The notes under the pieces: model-generated
Told to the model about the DNA's origin: nothing
The model's database searches: none
The model's input: the letters and a program-made list of their open reading frames with translations, nothing else
Position numbers and translations under genes: made by a program
Part shown: one piece after another, positions 1 to 8,870 of the stretch
Layout: each line of letters begins with the position of its first letter
Numbering within the stretch: the stretch's first letter is position 1
Source of the DNA: Geobacter metallireducens GS-15
GTDB taxonomy: Bacteria; Desulfobacterota; Desulfuromonadia; Geobacterales; Geobacteraceae
Length of the DNA stretch: 32,000 bases
NCBI RefSeq assembly: GCF_000012925.1
Contig: NC_007517.1
Span: 2,250,001-2,282,000, forward strand
Direction of reading: 5' to 3'

Positions 1-625
1 TGGTGTTGAACTGATGGCTTCTCCAGTGAGTCAAGACCCGGGGGTCATAATGAATGTCGTAACATCTGCTCAGGCGCAGATAAAAATCGTAATCATCAAC
101 TATGGGAAGCGATTCGTCGAACAAACCGAGCTGGTCGAAACATGATCTCCGAACCATGATCTGTGAGGCTGTTGTTATATAATTTCTGTAAAGAAACTTT
201 TCAAACATGCAGCCCCCCTCCCCTTGGCGATGAGGGTTGATCAAGCTGCCAGTCTGCTCATCGAGAATTTGAAAATTACAATAAGTCAGTCCACAGGATA
301 GATTCCGATCCAAGGCCTCAACCTGGAGTGCAACTTTATCGGGCAACCAGATGTCGTCATGGTCCAGAAAAGCAATGTACTCTCCCGTTGAATTGGTGAT
401 GCCGGTATTCCTAGCCGCCGCGGTTCCACCGTTTTTCCTCCGTATACAACGAATATTATCTGCTGTGATGTATGGCTTAATCAGTGTTGACACATCAACC
501 GTTGAGCCGTCATCAACAATTAAAACCTCAATATTAGTAAAATTTTGCGTTCTTACAGATAACAGAGTATCAATTAGATGTTCTCTAGGGTTATAAGTTG
601 GTATTATAATTGTAACTTTTACCAT
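1..625 (-). CDS. Family 2 glycosyltransferase (C-terminus cut by window edge)
   Basis: Absent from the ORF track because there is no stop in the window. My translation from the ATG (complement of 623-625) reads MVKVTIIIPTYNPREHLIDTLLSVRTQNFTNIEVLIVDDGSTVD...RNTGITNSTGEYIAFLDHDDIWLPDK. This is a GT-A fold N-terminus with DDGS and DxD (DHD) motifs. Confidence 0.85.
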   Translation of the reverse strand, partial: MVKVTIIIPTYNPREHLIDTLLSVRTQNFTNIEVLIVDDGSTVDVSTLIKPYITADNIRCIRRKNGGTAAARNTGITNSTGEYIAFLDHDDIWLPDKVALQVEALDRNLSCGLTYCNFQILDEQTGSLINPHRQGEGGCMFEKFLYRNYITTASQIMVRRSCFDQLGLFDESLPIVDDYDFYLRLSRCYDIHYDPRVLTHWRSHQFNT

Positions 626-685
626 AAAATCAAATGCCCAAGTTCGATTAGCCCGAGTTAGCTGTACACAAACAGAATAAACTAA

Positions 686-1348
686 CTAATCTTTTTGCAT
701 CCCAACACACGCAAATTGCCTATATTTCATATCATCGAAAGTATTGCCCAACAGCTGATTTATCATCCTGAATTTCCACGGAAACTGGGTTTCGCCTATT
801 CCTTTCATACTAATGATTTTATATCCACACATATCGAATAAATCTTTGATACTTTCGTTCGTAAAAAATCTTAGGTGAGTCTTGTCTAAAATGCCTTCGT
901 CATTGTATTTCCACTGTTTGTATTTAATGAGTTGTTTTATGTTATCGTAATATCTCACGTTCGGAATAGAAGCGACAACGCGGCAATCTGGTTGCATGAA
1001 TGCCTTAATTCCAACCAAAATAGCCCACGGGTCAACCAAATGCTCGAGGACATCATTAAACACTATACAATCAAAATATAATTCCGGTAACGACAGAGGC
1101 CCAGCTTCAATGCTTCCCACAATTACTTTGTCCAATTTTGTTTGAGCTTCCTTAGCAGCTTCATGACTGAGTTCAACCCCCCAGACCTCAACCGGCCTTT
1201 GTGACTTTAGGGCGTGGCCAAACTCACCTGCTCCGCAACCAACATCAAGTATCTTATTGACGTTATCTGGCATGAACCTCAGCATTTCTAACCTACTGCT
1301 GTTATAGTAATTAGCTGGTTTATGATTAGAACCGAGTAAATTTTCCAT
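686..1348 (-). CDS. Class I SAM-dependent methyltransferase
   Basis: 220 aa. SAM-binding motif I is ILDVGCGAGEFG, followed by the acidic GVELS and then DCIVFNDVLEHL. An AGGAG RBS lies 5 nt upstream of the ATG at 1348. Confidence 0.85.
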   Translation of the reverse strand: MENLLGSNHKPANYYNSSRLEMLRFMPDNVNKILDVGCGAGEFGHALKSQRPVEVWGVELSHEAAKEAQTKLDKVIVGSIEAGPLSLPELYFDCIVFNDVLEHLVDPWAILVGIKAFMQPDCRVVASIPNVRYYDNIKQLIKYKQWKYNDEGILDKTHLRFFTNESIKDLFDMCGYKIISMKGIGETQFPWKFRMINQLLGNTFDDMKYRQFACVGMQKD

Positions 1349-1372
1349 TAAAACTCCTAATATCGGTCAGCG

Positions 1373-2824
1373 TCACCTAACACCGAGTAGCATTTCACGC
1401 GCTTCACGAACCAACTTCCATTTATTAAGAAGACCATGGAGTACAAAATAAATAAATGCAATTACTATAACTTTTGCAACTACTCCCATCACCGACTCAG
1501 CAGAAAAATAATCTCTAAGAAATAAGGATAGCGCAATAATTACTGACGCCGAAAGGAATGCATCTTTCGTTGCTGATACAAATTCGCTAAATTGTATGTC
1601 TGTGGTTTTTTTAACTATCGGATAATAGATCCCATACTGCACAAGATAAGTAGCGGTTATTAGCAACGAAACACCCTCTATTCCATAAAATTTCAACATC
1701 GGATAGATAAGGACGACTTCAATGATTGCCGAAAGAGCCGTTGTTTTGAGAAGAACCTTGTTCATATCAAGGGCCATTAGTACGTTGCCCAACGGTTCGA
1801 GTAGAAAGCGAACAATGCCATAAGCGCACAATATTCTTAAACTCTGAAGCGCAGGTAACCATTTATCTGTTCCATGGCCCAGCACATGGACCAAAAAATC
1901 TCTCGAAATGAGAAGTAGGGTAACGTTAGCCAAAATACCTACAAAACTTACATACTCCAAAACTCTAAAATATGATCTTTTAATCCGCCCCCGATCCTGC
2001 TCCATGCGCGAGAAGGTTGGGAAAAGCACACTATTGACCACAGTACCAAGAATCACGCAGATGATAGATCCCCAGTTAAAAGCAATCATGTAATAGCCAA
2101 GCTCCGTAGAGCCCTTAACTGCACCAATGATGAAGTTGTCAACGTTAAATATCGTAAAAACAATAAATCCTGTCAGCGAAAGACTTGTTCCATAGCTCAT
2201 GAACTGGCGTGCAGACTCTCTATCGAACGCAAACTTAATTTTTACCGGTTTCAAATAGTTTAGTGTCAATATCATTGCAAGAGTCGCACAAATATTAGCA
2301 ATAACTATGCTCCAATACTTGAATCCTGCCAGAGCCAAAATCATAGCCAGCGACGAGTTGACCATTGTCTGACAGACGGTTGCTGATGCAATTTTTTTAT
2401 AGTCTAGTTCACGCTTAAGCATGGTAGTTGGTATAAAAGAAAAACTATTAATAATGAAATTGAGCGCTAACAGTTTGATTACACCAACAACACCAGGGTT
2501 ATCAAAGAAAAATACCGCCAGACCAGAAGCACAAAAAGCAATTATATAGAGGAAGAGGCCGATGCCAAGCTTCATGGTGAAACCCGTGTGCAGTGCGGTG
2601 TCATCAAGTTGCTTCCTATGGACAACGGCACTGTTCAAGCCTAAATCGCTAAACTGTGAAAAGAAATTCACAAAAATTGTAGCAAAACCTACCAAACCAT
2701 AGTCGCTTGAGGTGAGAGCCCTACTCAGAATTATGTTCGCAATTGATTGAAAAACTAACGCAACAATCCGCGCAACTCCTATATAGGCAACATTCTCGAA
2801 TGTTTTTTTCTTCAAACTAGTCAT
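1373..2824 (-). CDS. Polysaccharide flippase (Wzx-like, MOP superfamily)
   Basis: 483 aa and very hydrophobic, with a dozen or more TM-like segments. It is embedded among glycosyltransferase genes. Family assignment rests on overall pattern only. Confidence 0.75.
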   Translation of the reverse strand: MTSLKKKTFENVAYIGVARIVALVFQSIANIILSRALTSSDYGLVGFATIFVNFFSQFSDLGLNSAVVHRKQLDDTALHTGFTMKLGIGLFLYIIAFCASGLAVFFFDNPGVVGVIKLLALNFIINSFSFIPTTMLKRELDYKKIASATVCQTMVNSSLAMILALAGFKYWSIVIANICATLAMILTLNYLKPVKIKFAFDRESARQFMSYGTSLSLTGFIVFTIFNVDNFIIGAVKGSTELGYYMIAFNWGSIICVILGTVVNSVLFPTFSRMEQDRGRIKRSYFRVLEYVSFVGILANVTLLLISRDFLVHVLGHGTDKWLPALQSLRILCAYGIVRFLLEPLGNVLMALDMNKVLLKTTALSAIIEVVLIYPMLKFYGIEGVSLLITATYLVQYGIYYPIVKKTTDIQFSEFVSATKDAFLSASVIIALSLFLRDYFSAESVMGVVAKVIVIAFIYFVLHGLLNKWKLVREAREMLLGVR

Positions 2825-2829
2825 GAAAA

Positions 2830-3990
2830 TCAGCGATCCCCCGCGCGACGAATAAACTTTCGCGTCAACTCACCAGCCATATTCCAGACAGGGCTCACCA
2901 CACCAATCCGCTTAAGGGAAAAAGGGTCAGCCCCAGCGTCAACGGTTCCGAACACTACGGTTGCCACCGTATCGAAGCCTATTTTCTTGCAGTACGATCG
3001 CAAGTCCTCGGAAAAATCTTCTTTTCTCCCGTTGGGATACGCAAAATGTCGTACCTTACCGCCAAGTTGCACTTCCAGGACCTGCTTTGAATACCTGATA
3101 TCGTCCTGAGCCTCGTGAAGTGGAACACGGCTCAAAATAGGGTGCGTATGACTGTGGCTGCCGAAACTAATCTTGTTGGCAGACATCTCCTTAACTTCAT
3201 CCCAATTCAACATTGTTCTCTTGTTGGAGTTTTCGAGCGATGCCAGCGTAACGTCCAGTTCGCGAAAAATATTCACCAATCGTATTTTTCTTTCCGCATC
3301 GGGCATTCCCTTGAGAACCCTCGACAACTGGATACAGCAACTCCGCTTTTCCTCTATTGACTTGATCGGAGCACCGCAATCAGGCAGCAACCCAGGGAGT
3401 GACAGTGTCTGCTTTGTCGACGCGAGAAGCGCCGCTTCGATTTGGTCCGGCCATGTCCTGGCATTTGTTCCGATAAGCCCAGTTGCAAGGTAGATCATTG
3501 CAGGTACACCATGAGACTTGAGAACCGGGTACGCAAGGGTGTAGTTATCCAGGTACCCATCATCGAAAGTAATTGCGACGGAAGGTTTTGCAAAGTATTT
3601 CCCGCCCCGTATCGTGTCAACTACTTCATCCATGCTCAAGACCCGAAACCGCTTCTTCAGCCACGCTATCTCTCGCTCGAAATCCCTAATATGGTGATGA
3701 ACCACCGGCCCCTTATCCAGGTAAACGGTTTGATCATCAACAATGCGATGATAGAGGAGAATAATGCAAGGGTGCTCTTTTCGCAGCCATGACACCACCA
3801 CCAATGCCGCGTCGAACAGATGGAGATGATAGAGGATCAAATAGATGCCGCGTTTTACTGTTTTCTTGATTTTCATCACTGTTGATTCGGGTCTGCCTTT
3901 CTCGGCAATCAGTATTTTATCGGTTGTTGTCATAGAAAAGAGCGCGCCAACGCGCAATGTCTGCCAAATCATCCGGATCATCACGCTCAA
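2830..3990 (-). CDS. Polysaccharide deacetylase (NodB/CE4 family)
   Basis: NodB motifs are ITFDDGY, SHSHTHP and FAYPNG, preceded by an N-terminal hydrophobic segment. The codon at 3990 is TTG. ATG alternatives lie at 3981 and 3876, so the start is uncertain. Confidence 0.8.
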   Translation of the reverse strand: MSVMIRMIWQTLRVGALFSMTTTDKILIAEKGRPESTVMKIKKTVKRGIYLILYHLHLFDAALVVVSWLRKEHPCIILLYHRIVDDQTVYLDKGPVVHHHIRDFEREIAWLKKRFRVLSMDEVVDTIRGGKYFAKPSVAITFDDGYLDNYTLAYPVLKSHGVPAMIYLATGLIGTNARTWPDQIEAALLASTKQTLSLPGLLPDCGAPIKSIEEKRSCCIQLSRVLKGMPDAERKIRLVNIFRELDVTLASLENSNKRTMLNWDEVKEMSANKISFGSHSHTHPILSRVPLHEAQDDIRYSKQVLEVQLGGKVRHFAYPNGRKEDFSEDLRSYCKKIGFDTVATVVFGTVDAGADPFSLKRIGVVSPVWNMAGELTRKFIRRAGDR

Positions 3991-4009
3991 GAAGGGGAAT
4001 CCACGAACT

Positions 4010-4921
4010 CTACGTGGCCCTGCTGAAAAGAAACCTGGCGTAGCGCTTCAAAGCGAAATAGGCATTCATGTCGATCGGATTCGCCCTGATTGCCTTGACC
4101 TGATTGGTGAGTCCGTCAGCAAAGCGTCCCTTGGCATAGAATTCACGTGCCCACTCCTGATACATCTTCGACATAACAGCTCTTTTTGAGCTTTGGGGCA
4201 ATCCATACAGGCTGGTTATCTTCTCATATACATACTCTTGTCCCTTAATCATCCTTTCATAGTTCTGGCCTTCTGAATCGCTCCTGTTGCGGTACATGGC
4301 CAAAGGCTTGTTTACGTATCTGGCTTTGTATTTCCACAGAATACGCAGGAACAACTCTCTGTCTTCCGATCCGTACCGCGTCATGTTCTCGTCGAACATA
4401 CCTACATCATCGATGCAACTCTTTCTGATCATAACCGTAGTTGTCGTTATGATTATTTTTCTAAAATACAGGTTATCGAAAATATAGCCGGAATACCCCT
4501 GAAGCTGCTCTTGAGTCAACAGTGGCCCCCTCACTTGCACTTCCTGGTTTTCGCCAAAACCGTAAACGTTGCAATGAACCAGGCCTACTTCAGGGTCCTC
4601 TTCCATTGCTTGCACCTGTTCTCCCAGCTTCTCGGGCAACCATTTGTCATCGGAATCGATGAATGCGATAACATCCCCTGTGGCTGCCCTTATTCCCGTA
4701 TTTCTGGCACCAGCATGCCCCTTGTTTCCCTGCTTGATGTAACGGATATGACCATTATTGCATAAGTATGGTGCCAGCGCCTGATCTGTTTCATCGGTTG
4801 AACCGTCATTTACTATGATCAGCTCATAGTTGCTGTATGTCTGTTGCAAAACAGATTCGACAGCCACACCGACATACGTGCCACAATTATACGTTGGCAA
4901 TACAACACTGACCTTGTTCAT
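4010..4921 (-). CDS. Family 2 glycosyltransferase
   Basis: 303 aa. The N-terminus VSVVLPTYNCGTYVGVAVESVLQQTYSNYELIIVNDGSTDET is followed by the DxD motif FIDSDD. An AAAGGA RBS precedes the ATG at 4921. Confidence 0.9.
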   Translation of the reverse strand: MNKVSVVLPTYNCGTYVGVAVESVLQQTYSNYELIIVNDGSTDETDQALAPYLCNNGHIRYIKQGNKGHAGARNTGIRAATGDVIAFIDSDDKWLPEKLGEQVQAMEEDPEVGLVHCNVYGFGENQEVQVRGPLLTQEQLQGYSGYIFDNLYFRKIIITTTTVMIRKSCIDDVGMFDENMTRYGSEDRELFLRILWKYKARYVNKPLAMYRNRSDSEGQNYERMIKGQEYVYEKITSLYGLPQSSKRAVMSKMYQEWAREFYAKGRFADGLTNQVKAIRANPIDMNAYFALKRYARFLFSRAT

Positions 4922-4951
4922 ACTGATCCTTTACAGCGATGGTGTTCAATC

Positions 4952-5404
4952 TTATCTGTACTTTCTTTTGCTGAAAACAATTTTGTTACGCTCTAAAAAA
5001 GGTACGCCGGCCTCAAAAACAGCCTGCCTCCCTCCGCGCACTACATATGTTTTGGTAAAACCTCTTTCAATCAATACGAGCGCTACCCGAGCGCTTGCTT
5101 GTTCGCCAGCTCAACTACAATAGACAATTATTTCGTCTTTTTTGGTGAACGGTAGTTCCATCTGCTTAATTCTTTCAATGTCTGCAGGGCCATCATTAGG
5201 CAAGTTTATTGCTCCTACTGCATGGAATTTCTCGTAATCAACGACAGGCATCACATCTATAAGGATTGCATTATCATTTTTGTATTTGGTATGAGCGGCA
5301 AAGGCACTAATGTAATTAACCTTTGCGTCTCCTGCTTCGGCATAAGTGCCTCCAGTCATCATGATACTGAGGAGAAGAAGCGCCAGCGCAAATGTTCTAT
5401 TCAT
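4952..5404 (-). CDS. Exported rhodanese-like sulfurtransferase interrupted by an in-frame TGA at 5111-5113 (candidate selenocysteine codon, otherwise a pseudogene)
   Basis: The track ORF 5111..5410 starts at a TTG. The ATG at 5404 has an AGGAGG RBS 6 nt upstream and gives the signal peptide MNRTFALALLLLSIMMTGGTYA. The ORF stops after ...KDEIIVYCS. The same frame continues AGEQASARVALVLIERGFTKTYVVRGGRQAVFEAGVPF... to TAA at 4952-4954, which is the missing C-terminal half of the rhodanese fold. Confidence 0.6.
5079..5095 (-). promoter_or_regulatory. SECIS-like stem-loop downstream of the in-frame TGA
   Basis: On the minus strand the sequence is UGA, then 15 nt, then AGCGCU-CGGGU-AGCGCU. That is a 6-bp GC-rich stem and a 5-nt loop containing GGU, with the loop starting 21 nt after the UGA. 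Two further pairs are possible beyond an A-C mismatch. Confidence 0.4.
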
Positions 5405-5484
5405 TTTCAACCTCCTGTTGATTCTCTTTGTAATATCAAATGGTTACCCAAAAGCACCGATTTCACCGTCCTACCTTCCGAGCA

Positions 5485-6651
5485 TCACAAGCACTGACTG
5501 AATTCCGCGAGCATTATTCCCAGACTCTCCCTAGAAAGATCCTGGTGAACAGGAAAACCAAATACATTTGTTTTCAGATAAACAGCATCAGGGTATTTAT
5601 CCCACGGGACTGCCGGATGAAAATCCCCCCACCAATCATGTCCGGACAATCCCTGATCTTTAAGTTGACGGTAAACTCTGTCCCTATCCTGGACGATCAC
5701 CGGGAAAAACAATGGGCTAACACCTTCGGGAAGAGAAAGTATCGGCAACGTTATGCGATCATTCATTATCAACTTGTCGAGCAGGTGGAGAAAGTTCGCT
5801 CTGCGGCGCTCCTTGATTCGTTGAAATTCAGTTCCACGAAGTATTGCGGATGAAACGTCCGACATCATCCAATGCTTCACCTGCTCATTGAAATGATTAC
5901 CGCTTGGATAAACCAGATAATCTCCATGGTCCTGAAAAATTTTGTGAATTCCCCTAAGCCCCATTCGAGCCAGGCGTGCAAAGGCGAAATTGCACGAATA
6001 GGCCATCTGATTCACACGTTTTGGTTCAGTAGTTGATCCCCGCGCAAGCATTTCCGAAACAACGAAGTAGGTGGCGAATAGATTTGGGCGAACCCTTCGA
6101 GGCCGATTGACAGAGAAGGCCGGGTTATTGATCAACAGACAGCCGCCATCGGGAATGGGAACGGTCTTTCGAATGCTGAAGATTGCCATGTCACCCGTTA
6201 AGCCGAGAGGAACGTCGCCATCGTTACTAAGCAACGCATGGGCGCAGTCTTCGATAAGAACAATCCCCCGCTCGGTGCATATCCGGTGAATGTTCTCCAG
6301 GCGCTGAGGAAACCCGAGGTAGTGGATGACAAAGATCGCTGCCGTCTCCGGCCGGATGCGAGCCAAAAGATCATCTTCATCTATTGAAAAATCGGTCTTG
6401 ACCCTATACCAGTCAATCTTCGCGCCCGAACGCACAGCCGGTTCAACTTCAACCCAGCAGTTGTAGGAGGGCATGAGAATCGACTGCTGAGGAGAAAGCT
6501 TCAGAGCATCGAGTGCTGCCGCAAGGGCATACCGAGCAGAGTAAAAATACTCACATCTGCCGGTATTAAAGGGAAACACCTCCTGCCGGGGACGATCGGC
6601 TCGGGAGGTCAGAATTTCCCATGTCAGTGATGGCTTGCTGCTAACCTTCAT
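5485..6651 (-). CDS. DegT/DnrJ/EryC1/StrS-family PLP-dependent aminotransferase
   Basis: The core EDCAHALLSNDGDVPLGLTGDMAIFSIRKTVPIPDGG matches the family pattern (AHA...GD..FSxxxxK..xxGG, with Lys as the PLP site). The track start at 6678 is a TTG. The ATG at 6651 is preceded by GAGGAAGAAGG and is preferred. Confidence 0.8.
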   Translation of the reverse strand: MKVSSKPSLTWEILTSRADRPRQEVFPFNTGRCEYFYSARYALAAALDALKLSPQQSILMPSYNCWVEVEPAVRSGAKIDWYRVKTDFSIDEDDLLARIRPETAAIFVIHYLGFPQRLENIHRICTERGIVLIEDCAHALLSNDGDVPLGLTGDMAIFSIRKTVPIPDGGCLLINNPAFSVNRPRRVRPNLFATYFVVSEMLARGSTTEPKRVNQMAYSCNFAFARLARMGLRGIHKIFQDHGDYLVYPSGNHFNEQVKHWMMSDVSSAILRGTEFQRIKERRRANFLHLLDKLIMNDRITLPILSLPEGVSPLFFPVIVQDRDRVYRQLKDQGLSGHDWWGDFHPAVPWDKYPDAVYLKTNVFGFPVHQDLSRESLGIMLAEFSQCL

Positions 6652-7750
6652 GCCCTTCTTCCTCAAGCCGTTTGCCAAATCGTTTCACAATCGGGTTGAC
6701 TTTTGTGTAGGCAAAATGGGCCAAAACGCCCTTGATGGTTTTGTTAAACAGATAAAAATTGGTGTAATTCCCCTTAATTTCTGCCCAATCAGACTTGTAG
6801 GTTTCGTTGCCGGGACCAAAATCCACCATTTTGACCTGTTCGCTATCCATCAAATACTGCAATACATGATTAAGGAGAACCAGTCCCACGCTGTACCGCT
6901 TATAACGTGAGTCATAGGCAGTCTTCAGAAAAAAACATTTGTCTCCGCACAAAATGCGATACTGCGCCGCTATGGGTTGTCCATCAAGATACATCAAGGC
7001 CAGCAGCAAGTTGTTGCCACGCGCTGCAATCTCTCCAAGATCGACATGAAAACCGGGCCCCAGGTGCTCGGCCTGTTTCCAGCTTTTCTCATAAACGTCG
7101 CTGTAATCCGCCATATACGCGGCAGCTTCATGGCCTTTAACTATCTTAATTTCTATAGAGCCCAGTTCCCCGAGCTTTTTATTCCTTCGTTTAATCTCCT
7201 GCCGCACACCCTTGTCCCTGCATTTCAGATACCCTTCATAGGCCAAACCTTCACAGGGGAGTCGCCAGTTGCAGTCAACAGCTTTATGGAGCCAATTGCA
7301 TCCCGAATAATGCAGCAGATCCATAGCCTGGGAATACAGTTCCCCATCGTAAAGCGGACCAATCTGGGCGATATCCCAGCCGGGTACCTTTCTTAACGCC
7401 TGGAATAGAAACTCACCAAGCCTTTGCTTGCTCTCTGATCTGTCAATTATCAAAGATCTCAGGGGCGAATAGGCATTGCCTATGCTCTCCAGTTTCCTTA
7501 CCGGTATTCTCTTGATTCTCTCTACTTTGCCGAGGAAAGGCGCAATGGCGACCAGTCTGTCACCTTTATAAACGGTTACAATGCACAGTCTGCTACCTTT
7601 GAGGAAATAGTTCAGCCACAGGCCATACCACCCATGACTCAAGAAAAAATATTCGTCGTGGTACTGTGAAGCCAGCGCATCCCATTCTTGTTGGATCCTG
7701 CTGAATCCGCTTAAATTGTCGATGATAACTACAGAATATTCTGCTGACAC
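6641..7750 (-). CDS. CelD/FemAB-like GNAT-fold acyltransferase (PEP-CTERM-locus FemAB-related type), paralogue 1
   Basis: 369 aa and colinear with the next gene. Shared blocks include LVAIAPF/LVAVAPF, SIGNAYSPLR/SIGGNRSPLK, VYEKSWKQAE/VRAKSWKAAE, DGQPIAAQ/DGTPIAVQ and YKSDW/YKEEW. The GTG start at 7750 has an AGGA RBS. Confidence 0.65.
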   Translation of the reverse strand: MSAEYSVVIIDNLSGFSRIQQEWDALASQYHDEYFFLSHGWYGLWLNYFLKGSRLCIVTVYKGDRLVAIAPFLGKVERIKRIPVRKLESIGNAYSPLRSLIIDRSESKQRLGEFLFQALRKVPGWDIAQIGPLYDGELYSQAMDLLHYSGCNWLHKAVDCNWRLPCEGLAYEGYLKCRDKGVRQEIKRRNKKLGELGSIEIKIVKGHEAAAYMADYSDVYEKSWKQAEHLGPGFHVDLGEIAARGNNLLLALMYLDGQPIAAQYRILCGDKCFFLKTAYDSRYKRYSVGLVLLNHVLQYLMDSEQVKMVDFGPGNETYKSDWAEIKGNYTNFYLFNKTIKGVLAHFAYTKVNPIVKRFGKRLEEEGHEG

Positions 7751-7757
7751 GTCAGTC

Positions 7758-8870
7758 CTATTTATGAGCGTTTGTGGAATCGGTATTTTTCTTCACCAGT
7801 GGCAGAATCTTCTTCATAAGAATAGAGGCTGTGCATCCAAGCACTGATTTATTGTAAGCTTCTATGCCGATTCTGTTTCTGAGCGACGGGGTCCATTCTT
7901 CCTTGTACGGTTCATCCCCCCTCAGGTAATCCACATACGCGACCCGCTCGTTGTCGATTGCATGCTGAAACATCATAGAGGTCAGAATCTTGCCAGGGCT
8001 GTGCTTCTTGTACTCCTCATCATAGAGAACGTCATAAATATAGGCTCTGCCATTCGCAACGATCCACTTCTGGACAGCAATAGGAGTCCCGTCATAGGAA
8101 AGAATCCCAAGCCTGAGCCACCCCTTGCCCGCTGCTACATGCATGAGTTCACGGTTGAATTCCCGATCCTTCTCGGCAGCTTTCCAACTCTTTGCCCGAA
8201 CGGCGTCGTACACATCGAGGCACTGATCAAGCGAAGCAGCGTCCGTTATGATCTGAAAAACAAGGGAGCCGTTCTTTTCCAGACGGCGACGGCAGTAATT
8301 GATATCCTTGCGGGTGCTCTGGGGCAGCCTCTCGAAGAAGCCGTCAAAGGAGGCATCCGCCACATCGCAGTAGCGGTTGGCGCAACTGATGTAGGAGCGG
8401 AACGAGAGCCCCTGGCGCTCAATGAGAGTCTCAATGCTGTTGCCATCATTGGATCCGGCTACCGGTTCAAGCTCAAGAATATCCCAGTTTTTGAAGGTCG
8501 TGCGGAGGTACTCCAACACCAATGTGGTAACCTCTCGCTGCATATTTTCGTCTGCGTCCCCGAATACGATCCCTTTCAGGGGCGATCGGTTGCCGCCGAT
8601 GGACGAGAGAATGCGGGCCGGGACAACCCCTTTGTAACGCTCAGAGCGGACCGTGAACGGAGCCACCGCCACCAGACTGCCGCCACTCCTCACCATGAGG
8701 ATATGAAGCGCACGTGTCTCACCGTGGCGGAGGCAAAGATCGAACCACTCCCAGCAGAACCAGGGGGTGTAATAGCCGTTGATATCGGCAAGCTGATTCC
8801 ACTCGTCTAGGATTGCCTGAAAAGCCTCCCGATCAGTTATGACGGCTATGTCAAAACAACCACGGTTCAT
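7758..8870 (-). CDS. CelD/FemAB-like GNAT-fold acyltransferase, paralogue 2
   Basis: 370 aa, with the same blocks listed for paralogue 1. Its start overlaps the upstream stop as ATGA (8867-8870), and a GGGGAG RBS is present. Confidence 0.65.
   Translation of the reverse strand: MNRGCFDIAVITDREAFQAILDEWNQLADINGYYTPWFCWEWFDLCLRHGETRALHILMVRSGGSLVAVAPFTVRSERYKGVVPARILSSIGGNRSPLKGIVFGDADENMQREVTTLVLEYLRTTFKNWDILELEPVAGSNDGNSIETLIERQGLSFRSYISCANRYCDVADASFDGFFERLPQSTRKDINYCRRRLEKNGSLVFQIITDAASLDQCLDVYDAVRAKSWKAAEKDREFNRELMHVAAGKGWLRLGILSYDGTPIAVQKWIVANGRAYIYDVLYDEEYKKHSPGKILTSMMFQHAIDNERVAYVDYLRGDEPYKEEWTPSLRNRIGIEAYNKSVLGCTASILMKKILPLVKKNTDSTNAHK

Noticed and set aside
351-596. Plus-strand 81-aa ORF near the left edge
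   Set aside because: It lies antisense to the partial GT2 gene, whose translation shows the canonical GT-A motifs. The ORF has no RBS or domain signal.
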